NCBI GenBank assembly: GCA_038087875.1
Contig: JAXLNO010000385.1
Location: 806,001-870,000 of the forward strand
Source of the DNA: Malacoraja senta
Lineage: Eukaryota
Length of the DNA stretch: 64,000 nucleotides
Direction: 5' to 3'
Shown here in pieces: positions 54,979 through 64,000 of the stretch (its first letter is position 1; each line of letters starts with the position of its first letter). The notes below the pieces were generated by a model. It saw only the letters and a list, made by a program, of their open reading frames with translations. It had not been told where the DNA came from and did not search any database. Made by a program: the position numbers and the translations under genes.

Positions 54979-55815
54979 AGTTACGGGCGGAGCACCAAGG
55001 CAAATTCCTTGTATGTGAATACTTGGCCAATAAACTTATTCATTCATTCATTCATTCATTCATTCATTTAGCTCGAACTCGAGATCGAACTTGAACTCGA
55101 ACTCGAACTATCTCGAACTCGAGCTCTATCTCGAACTCCAACTCGAACTCCAACTCCAACTTGGATTTACGAAGGGGAAATCATGCTTGATTAATCTTCT
55201 GGAATTTTTTGAAGATGTAACTCGGTAAATGGACAAGGGAGAGCCCGTGGATGTAGTGTACCTGGACTTTCAGAAAGCATTTGATAAGGTCCCACATAGG
55301 AGATTAGTGGGCAAAATTAGGGCACATGGTATTGGGTGTAGAGTGCTGACATGGATAGATAAGTGGTTGGCAGACAGGAAACAAAGAGTAAGGATTAACG
55401 GGTCCCTTTCAGAATGGCAGGCAGTGACTATTGGGGTACCGCAAGGCTCGGTGCTGCGACCTCAGCTATTTACAATATACATCGATGATTTGGATGAAGG
55501 GATTCAAAGTAACATTAGCAAATTTGCAGATAATACAAAGCTGGGTGGCAGTGTGAACTGTGAGGAGGATGCTATGAGAATGCAGGGTGACTTGGACAGG
55601 TTGGGGAGTGGGCAGATGCATGGCAGATGAAGTTTAATCCGGATAAATGTGAGGTTATCCACTTTGGTAGCAAAAACAGGAAGGCAGATTACTAACTAAA
55701 TGGCGTCAAGTTGGGAAAAAGGGGAAGTACAACGGGTTCTGGGGGTCCTTGTACACCAGTCTATGAAAGTAAACATGCAGGTACAGCAGGCAGTGAAGAA
55801 AGCAAATGGCATGTT

Positions 55816-57882
55816 ACATAAAAAAACATAAACATAAAAATTAGGTGCAGGAGTAGGCCATTCGGCCCTTCGAGCCTGCACCGCCATTCAATATGATCAT
55901 GGCTGATCATCCAACTCAGTATCCTGTACCTGCCTTCTCTCCATACCCTCTGATCCCTTTAGCCACAAGGGCCACATCTAACTCCCTCTTAAATATAGCC
56001 AATGAACTGGCCTCAACTACCCTCTGTGGCAGAGAGTTCCAGAGATTCACCACTCTCTGTGTGAAAAAAGTTCTTCTCATCTCGGTTTTAAAGGATTTCC
56101 CCCTTATCCTTAAGCTGTGACCCCTTGTCCTGGACTTCCCCAACATCGGGAGCAATCTTCCTGCATCTAGCCTGCCCAACCCTTTAAGAATTTTGTAAGT
56201 TTCTATAAGATCCCCTCTCAATCTCCTAAATTCTAGAGAGTATAAACCAAGTCTATCCAGTCTTTCTTCATAAGACAGTCCTGACATCCCAGGAATCAGT
56301 CTGGTGAACCTTCTCTGCACTCCCTCTATGGCAATAATGTCCTTCCTCAGATTTGGGGACCAAAACTGTACGCAATACTCCAGGTGTGGTCTCACCAAGA
56401 CCCTGTACAACTGCAGTAGAACCTCCCTGCTCCAATACTCAAATCCTTTTGCTATGAAAGCTAACATACCATTCGCTTTCTTCACTGCCTGCTGCACCTG
56501 CATGCCTACTTTCAATGACTGGTGTACCATGACACCCAGGTCTCGCTGCATCTCCCCTTTTCCTAGTCGGCCACCATTTAGATAATAGTCTACTTTCCTG
56601 TTTTTGCCACCAAAATGGATAACCTCACATTTATCCACATTATACTGCATCTGCCAAACATTTGCCCACTCACCCAGCCTATCCAAGTCACCTTGCAGTC
56701 TCCTAGCATCCTCCTCAGAGCTAACACTGCCCCCCAGCTTAGTGTCATCCGCAAACTTGGAGATATTGCCTTCAATTCCCTCATCCAGATCATTAATATA
56801 TATTGTAAATAGCTGGGGTCCCAGCACTGAGCCTTGCGGTACCCCACTAGTCACTGCCTGCCATTGTGAAAAGGACCCGTATACTCCTACTCTTTGCTTC
56901 CTGTTTGCCAGCCAGTTCTCTATCCACATCAATACTGAACCCCCAATGCCATGTGCTTTAAGTTTGTATACTAATCTCTTATGTGGGACCTTGTCGAAAG
57001 CCTTCTGGAAGTCCAGATACACCACATCCACTGGTTCTCCCCTATCCACGCTACTAGTTACATCCTCGAACAATTCCATGAGATCCGTCAGACATGATTT
57101 ACCTTTCGTAAATCCATGCTGACTTTGTCCAATGATTTCACCACTTTCCAAATGTGCTGCTATCCCATCTTTAATAAGTGACTCTAGCAGTTTCCCCACT
57201 ACCGACGTTAGACTAACTGGTCTGTAATTCCCCGTTTTCTCTCTCCCTCCCTTCTTAAAAAGTGGGGTTACGTTTGCTACCCGCCAATCCTCAGGAACTA
57301 CTCCAGAATCTAAAGAGTTTTGAAAGATTATTACTAATGCATCCACTATTTCTGGAGCTACTTCCTTAAGTACTCTGGGATGCAGCCTATCTGGCCCTGC
57401 GGATTTATCGGCCTTTAATCCATTCAATTTACCCAACACCACTTCCCGACTAACCTGGATTTCACCCAATTCCTCCAACTCCTTTGACCCGCGGTCCCCT
57501 GCTATTTCCGGCAGATTATTTATGTCTTCCTAAGTGAAGACGGAACCAAAGTAGTTATTCAATTGGTCCGCCATATCCTTGTTCCCCATGATCAACTCAC
57601 CTGTTTCTGTCTGCAAGGGACCTACATTTGTTTTAACTAATCTCTTTCTTTTCACATATCTATAAAAACGTTTGCAGTCAGTTTTTATGTTCCCTGCCAG
57701 TTTTCTTTCATAATCTATTTTTCCTTTCCTAATTAAGCCCTTTGTCCTCCTCTGCTGGTCTCTGAATTTCTCCCTCCGGTATGCTGCTTTTTCTGGCTAA
57801 TTTGTACGCATCATCCTTCGTTTTGATACCATCCCTGATTTCCCTTGTTATCCACGGATGCACTACCTTCCCTGATTTATTC
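55816..57882 (-). mobile_element. Nested CR1 LINE (second subfamily), 5'-truncated, apparently young
   Basis: Uninterrupted 520-aa RT/C-terminal reading frame 55916-57478; (TTTATG)-like tail at 55816-55840. Confidence 0.94.
55916..57478 (-). CDS. CR1 ORF2 reverse transcriptase and C-terminal domain (open fragment, no endonuclease)
   Basis: [46 protein letters not shown]; an upstream in-frame stop near 57531 and the 5' truncation make it non-autonomous. Confidence 0.7.
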   Translation of the reverse strand: MEELGEIQVSREVVLGKLNGLKADKSAGPDRLHPRVLKEVAPEIVDALVIIFQNSLDSGVVPEDWRVANVTPLFKKGGREKTGNYRPVSLTSVVGKLLESLIKDGIAAHLESGEIIGQSQHGFTKGKSCLTDLMELFEDVTSSVDRGEPVDVVYLDFQKAFDKVPHKRLVYKLKAHGIGGSVLMWIENWLANRKQRVGVYGSFSQWQAVTSGVPQGSVLGPQLFTIYINDLDEGIEGNISKFADDTKLGGSVSSEEDARRLQGDLDRLGEWANVWQMQYNVDKCEVIHFGGKNRKVDYYLNGGRLGKGEMQRDLGVMVHQSLKVGMQVQQAVKKANGMLAFIAKGFEYWSREVLLQLYRVLVRPHLEYCVQFWSPNLRKDIIAIEGVQRRFTRLIPGMSGLSYEERLDRLGLYSLEFRRLRGDLIETYKILKGLGRLDAGRLLPMLGKSRTRGHSLRIRGKSFKTEMRRTFFTQRVVNLWNSLPQRVVEASSLAIFKRELDVALVAKGIRGYGEKAGTGY

Positions 57883-58523
57883 TTGGCCTTTATAACAAGA
57901 GGAATCGAAAATAGGAGCAAAGAGGTCCATCTGCAGTAGTACAGAGCCCTAGTGAGACCACACCTGGAGTATTGTGTGCAGTTTTGGTCCCCTAATTTGT
58001 GGAAGGACATTCTTGCAATTGAGGGAGTGCAGCGCAGGTTTACAAGGTTAATTCCCGGGATGGCTGGACTGTCAAATGCTCAGAGAATGGTGCAACTGGG
58101 CTTGGACACTTTGGAGTTTAGAAGGATGAGAGGACATCTCATTGAAACATATAGGATTGTTAAGGGCTTGGACACACTAGAGGCACGACACATGTTCCCG
58201 ATGTTAGGAAAGTCCAGAACCAGGGACCACAGTTTAAGAATAAGGAGTAAGCCATTTAGAACGGAGACGAGAAAATGCTTTTTCTCACCGAGAGTGGTGA
58301 GTCCGTGGAATTCTCTGCCTCAGAGGGTGGTGGAGGCAGGTTCTCTGGATGCTTTCAAGAGAGAGCTAGATAGGGCTCTTAAAAATAGCGGAGTCTGGGG
58401 ATATTGGGAGAAGGCAGGAACGGGGTACTGATTGGGGAAAATCAGCCATGATCACATTGAGTGGCGGTGCTGGCTCGAAGGGACAAATGGCCTACTCCTG
58501 CACCTATTGTCTATTGTCTATTG

Positions 58524-59262
58524 AACTCGAACTCGAACTCGAACTCTATCACGAATATCTCGAACTCGAACTCTATCTCTATCTCGAACTCGATCTCGAA
58601 CTCGAGCTCGACTTGCGGGCAGAGCATCAAGGCAAATTACTTTTATGTGAATACATGGCCAATAAACTTATTCATTCATTTATTCATGCATTCAGTCAAC
58701 TCGAACTCGAACTCTCTCTCGAACTCAAACTCTTATCTCGAATTCGAAATATCTCGAACTCTCTCTCGAACTTGAACTATCTCGAACTATCTCGAACACG
58801 AACTTGATATCAAACTCGATCTCGATCTCGAACTTTATCTTGAACTCGAACTCGAACTATATTGAACTCGAACTCTGTCTCTAGCTAAAACTCGAATTCG
58901 AACTCGAACTATCTCGACCTCGAACTTTATCTCGAAGTCGAAATCTCTCTCGAACTCGAACTCGAAATCTATCTCGAACTCGAATTCGAATTCGATCTCG
59001 AACTCGAGTTGGATTTCGACTTACGGGCGGAGCACCAAGGTAAACTCCTTGTACGTGAAAACTTGGCCAATAAACATTCATTCATTCATTCATGCATTCC
59101 GTCAACTCGAACTCGAACTCTCTCTCGAACTCAAACTCTATCTCGAACTCGATCTCGATCTCGAACTCGAACTCGCACTCGAACGTACTATATCTCGAAC
59201 ACGATCTTGAACTCGAGTTCGAGTTCGAGTACGACTTGCGTGCGGAGCACCAAGGCAAAATC
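58524..59262 (+). repeat. GAACTC-hexamer satellite with LINE-tail cassettes
   Basis: Cassettes near 58610, 59018 and 59233 (the last is truncated after AAGGCAAA). Confidence 0.95.
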
Positions 59263-59845
59263 CGTTTTGAGGCAGCGACTCCGGTAAATCCCAACAATGG
59301 TGGGGAGGTCAGAGCCGGTGATGGACTGGGTAGTTGTCGAACCAGGCCATGGTGCAACCACACAATATGTTCTCCACTTTACACCTGTTTGACACACCGA
59401 ATCTCCGTAATCTTCTCAGGAAGTAGAGGCGTTGCTGTGCTTTATTTATAATTGCATCAGTGTGCTGGGTCCAGGAAAGATCTTCGGAAATTTGCACGCC
59501 AGGAATTTGAAAATGTTCACTCTCTCCACCGTTGATATAAACGGGATTGTGGAACCTCATTCTTCCTCTTCCAAAGTCCACAATCAGTTCATTGGTTTTA
59601 CTGATATTGAGAGCCAGGTTATTGTGCTGGCACCATTTGGTCAATCGGTCGATCTCACTTCTTTCACACTCATCACCATCTGTAATTCGTCCAACAATGG
59701 TGGTGTTGTCGATGAGCTTGAAGATGGAGTTTGCACTGTGTTCGGCTACACAGTCATGAGTATGGAGTGAGTGGAGCAGGGGGCTGAGTACGCAGCCTTG
59801 AGGTGCTCCTGTATTGATTGTTAATGAGGATGATGTATTTCTACC
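59263..59845 (-). mobile_element. Rex1/Babar LINE internal fragment
   Basis: [42 protein letters not shown]; both ends truncated. Confidence 0.88.
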
Positions 59846-60057
59846 TTCTTCTTGCGAGTGAAGCATAAAACTTTGAAGCAACAAACACCCACGTCGAGGT
59901 AAGTGGGTGCTTGTTGGAAATCCGGTGGCGACATGCTTTGCTAGTAGTCGCAAATTTTTTAGCTCCGCTGAAAAAAAATCGCTATTTTTCGCGTTAAAAT
60001 CGGGTCTGGAGGTCGGGACCGTTTTTAAAAACTTACCGGAGTCTCATGTCGCGGCAT

Positions 60058-60071
60058 TGATGACGTCATCA
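60058..60071. promoter_or_regulatory. Extended CRE palindrome TGATGACGTCATCA in L1 5' UTR
   Basis: 14-bp perfect palindrome about 40 nt upstream of the ORF1 ATG. Confidence 0.45.
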
Positions 60072-61369
60072 GTAAGCGCCGTGAATTTAACGGAGGGAAA
60101 GTCATTTTAAATGAAAAGTACATCTCCAGGTCAGAGCCCACAGAGGAAAGTTACAAAACAATCGCTGACGACTCTGGAACATCAAGAAACTGCAAAACGG
60201 ACCTCTGGAGGGGTTTCTGGAATGGACACACGATCTAAGACTGAGATGACCACAAAAGAGAAAACCGAATTGGAGGAGTTAAAAAACTCGGTAAGAGATT
60301 TGAAAAATGACTTGAAAGTTGGAAACATAAATTTGATGGCCGGTAATGAAAAAATACTTGCGGGCATTGGTGCTCTGAAAAAAAGAGTGGATGATGTGCA
60401 AGAAGAATTAACGGGGAAAATTAATAAGATGGCAGAAGAGACCATAAAGATGTTTGAGGCTGTGCATGAAACTGTTTCTGCAAATGTAACTGCAGTGAAA
60501 GATATGGAAGCTGTTGTGGAAGAGATGACCGAAGAGATGCAGACAATGAAGTTAGAAATAGACAGCCTCAAGAGCCATCTTACAAAAGTGTCTGATAAAT
60601 GAGTTGACCTAGAAGCTCGCTCAAGAAGACAAAATATACGTATACGTGGAGTAAAAGAGGGAGCTGAGGGGGACAATGCTTGTGAGTTCACTGCCAATCT
60701 AATTAAACACGTACTCAAACTACCTGAGGCACCTGTAATTGAAGAAGCACATCGACTACCCAGATTTAAACCAAGATCTCAAGGAGCACATGCCTACCCA
60801 CGACAGATCATAGTTAAACTTCGGGATATTCCAACAATGGAAGCGCTGATGAAAAAAATCAAATACGGAGAGGAGATGATGTACAGAAATGATTCTATTA
60901 AACTCCTACGGGACTACCCTTACGAGATTGTGCAAAAGAGAAGAAAGTTCTCACAGACCAGAGAAGTTCTTTACGGTGTCAAGGGTGTCATTTGTGGAGT
61001 GTATTATCCGGCCAGGATGCGTATTACTTTCATGGGAAAGTCAAAAACATTCACTAACTCGGCAGAATCTCTTAAATACGCTCAAGAAATCGTGGCCAAG
61101 GCAGCAACAAGTGAAGATTGATCACCAAGACGTCATGAACAAATTAATTTGTTTATTCCCCCATCAAGAATATCACAAGAAAAGGGAATAACTGAACATC
61201 AATCTTTTAAAATCATCACACGCAACAGATTTTCCAGGAGACGTGTCTAGACATTATTATCTCCCCTTGAACATTGTGGCATCTAACTCAAGGACACTCT
61301 GTGCTCAAACGAGGAAAGACTGATAACATGGGACTGACGAAATGATGTGCTGAGAGCGAAAAACATCAC

Positions 61370-62005
61370 ATGGCTTATACAGTTTTATAAAATATTGAGA
61401 ATCAATAATAATTAATAATTAACAATACTAATATAGAAATAGCAATTGAAACTGATAAAAATGTGTTGCCTGCTTTATAACACAGACAACAGTAATTACA
61501 TATGTTCCGCAGCTCGAGTGGGGAGGGGAGGAGATTTGGCACCTGGCATAATTCCAGGAGCCTGACTCCGGTTAACCCTTTCAGCGAACAGCTCACTTTT
61601 AACTATACTAAAACCAATTCAAAATAGTTAAGAGATAAAGAGTGAGGAATATATGTAACTGAATACATTTGAAGTCGGAATGAAAAATATATATGGCTTA
61701 TATAGTTTTACAAAATATGGAGAATCATTAATAATTAATAATTAACAATACTAATATAGAAATAGCAATCAAAACTGATAAAAATGTGTTGCCTGCCTTA
61801 TAACGCAGACACATATGTTCCGCAGCTCGAGTGGGGAGGGGAGGAGACTAGGCACCTGGCACAACTCCAGGAGCCTGACTCCGGTTAACCCTTTCAGCGA
61901 ACAGCTCACTTTTAACAATACTAAAACCAATTCAAAATAGTTAAGAGATAAAGAGTGAGGAATATATGTAACTGAATACAATTGAAGTCGGAATGAAACA
62001 TATAT
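61370..62005 (+). repeat. ~323-bp tandem duplication in the L1 inter-ORF spacer
   Basis: Units begin ATGGCTTATA at 61370 and 61693 and both end GAAGTCGGAATGAAA. Confidence 0.9.
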
Positions 62006-64000
62006 ATATACTGCAACTAGGGTGAAATAGAACTGATTTGGAAACGGTACCGACCCCCTAGGTTTTGGGTAATAAAGGCAGCGGGGCTAACGTCATAACA
62101 TCTACGCCGGAAGCGATATAGATGTCGTACCCCACAGACGAGTGGGACACTCACTACGGTGTTGAAATCTCAGACACCGTACACTTATTTGATATACTTT
62201 TTTTTATTTTTTTATCACAATACGTCACATCTATGTGTTTTCTTTCCAAGGACAATCGCGGAGGAGAACTACCAAGGAAGTCTATAATAGAAATGCCCCC
62301 AAAATAACCAGAGTCCTGAGGTATGAATGCACCATAATAAATAAGATCATTAAAATTGGTAAAAAATGTATGATGATAATCAAAAGAAAATGGGAGGAAT
62401 CACACTATGTAGCTGGAATATAAGGGGTATTAATGAACCGATTAAAAGGAGCAAGATACTAGCTCAGTTGAAATCATACAACACGGACATTTCGTTTCTA
62501 CAGGAAACGCATCTTAAACATCAAGATCAGACGAGACTGAGGGCGAACTGGATAGGACAAACATTTCACTCTTCATTCACCTCCAAATCTAGAGGCACTG
62601 CAATCATCATTCGTAAAGGAATTCCATTTAAATCAAAGAATACTATTTAGATAAGGGAGATACCTTATAGTAGCAGGAGAGATCAATAATACGCCAATTA
62701 CGCTGGTAAATATATGCGCGCCCAATTTCGATAACCCTCAATTTTTAAATAAAATTCTGAATATAATTGCAGAATTTAATTATCAAAATGTTATAATTGG
62801 AGGAGACTTTAACTGTGTTTTAGACCCTTATCTAGATACATCGATGCAAAAACAAAAAGGTAATATGAAATCTAAAACCAGTGAACTTTTACATACATAT
62901 ATGGAAAACACAAATATAGCAGATGTGTGGAGGATTGCAAACCCGACGGGAAGGGATTATTCGTTTTATTCAACGGTGCATAAAACATACTCACGGATAG
63001 ACTACTTTCTTGTGGATACAAAATTAATTCCGCACACTATGAACGCTAAATACCACACTAATACGATCTCAGACCACTCTCCGTTAACTTTTGTTTTAAA
63101 ACTAGAAGGAATGTCTATGAATAAATCGTTCTGGAGGTTTAACTCGCAAATCTTAAAAGACCCACAAGGGAGTATATATCTAAAAAAACAGATGGATCTA
63201 TTTTTTGAGATAAATGATACACCAGATATTTCCCCCACGCTATTATGGGAATCCTTCAAAGCATTTATTAGAGGAGTCATTATTCCATTCCAAGCTTATC
63301 AAAATAAAAAGAATAAGAATGAACAAAGACATTTAGAAGAACAAATAAAACAATTAGATACAGATAATGCTAAAAATCCAACTATGGATAAACATAATAA
63401 AATCCTACTATTGAAATTCAAGCTAAATAAATTACTGTCAGAGAAAGTTATAACATTATTTCAAATCACAAAATAAGAACACTTCGAATTCGGTGACAAA
63501 CCCCACAAACTCCTAGCACGGCAACTGAAAAAACGGGAAAAAGAGAATGCAATACTAAAGATTAAATCAGACAGAGGGGAATTATTAACACTACCCAAGG
63601 ATATCAATAAAAGATTTGCTCAATTTTACCAGAATCTATACACATCTAAAACGTTAATAGACAATAATAAAATCTCAGAATTTTTAGATAACTGTAACCT
63701 ACCACAATTAGAACTGAGGGAACAAGAGGAACTGGGAGCACAAATTACTTCTAAGGAGATAGAAGACACAATAAAAACACTAAAGAATGGAAAAACACCA
63801 GGACCAGACGGATTCAGTAATGAATTTTATAAATCTTTTTATGACATAGTTACTCCACGATTACAGAAAATGTATACACATGCTTTTAAAGAGCAAAACT
63901 TACCTGAAACACTAGCAGAATCAACGATCATATTAATACTTAAAAAAGATAAAAATATAGAAGAATCAGGATCATATAGAGCTATAGCTTTGTTAAATAC

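Larger units (their letters stand above)
55162..58523 (+). mobile_element. CR1-clade LINE; copy 3 of the duplicated insertion, split by a nested antisense CR1
   Basis: Same 5' junction CTCCAACTTGGATTTACG; host sequence ATGGCATGTT|GGCCTTTATAAC is interrupted between 55815 and about 57885; ORF 57952-58431 is the C-terminus. Confidence 0.93.
59846..64000 (+). mobile_element. L1-clade LINE, 5' part (UTR, ORF1, long spacer, ORF2 start), continues beyond the window
   Basis: ORF1 60111-61121 with a stop at 60600 (DK*VDLEARSRRQNIRI; LLRDYPYEIVQKRRKF); ORF2 from 62366 (ITLCSWNIRG, LQETHL, GGDFN, SRIDY, SDHSP, KTPGPDGF) with a frameshift and a stop. Confidence 0.93.

Noticed and set aside
56304..57122. 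Antisense ORFs over CR1, Rex1 and L1 (also 19447, 54399, 60182)
   Set aside because: They are shadow frames of retrotransposon coding sequence with no independent signal.

Overview
Eukaryotic, almost entirely repetitive window with no intact host gene. The repeat content (HE1-like tRNA SINE, CR1/HER1-like LINEs, fish-type L1s) suggests a cartilaginous fish such as a skate or ray; this is inference. The backbone is a CpG-rich satellite of degenerate (GAACTC)n/(GAACTCTATCTC)n hexamers. It is punctuated about 50 times (manual count) by a conserved ~60-bp cassette, GACTTRCGGGCGGAGCACCAAGGCAAATTCCTTGTATGTGAATACTTGGCCAATAAA followed by (ATTC)n, which looks like the 3' terminal stem-loop and tail of a Rex1/Babar-type LINE. 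Inserted into the satellite are five L1 copies, five CR1 copies, two Rex1 fragments, one RTE-X-like LINE, two L2/Crack-like 3' ends, two copies of a Gypsy LTR element, one full-length DD34E Tc1 element and several SINE-like elements, many of them nested. Shared insertion junctions show that ~4.4-20.3 kb and ~32.2-58.7 kb are paralogous copies of one macro-unit, with a third, inverted partial copy at 1-4220 before a 200-N gap. Most notable: (1) an inverted repeat brackets ORF2 in two divergent L1s, with covarying and G-U-compatible changes, predicting a ~3.8-kb long-range RNA pairing; (2) the satellite is built from LINE 3' tails; (3) a lone USP5-like exon sits at 27720-27814. All calls were made by eye, without alignment tools.
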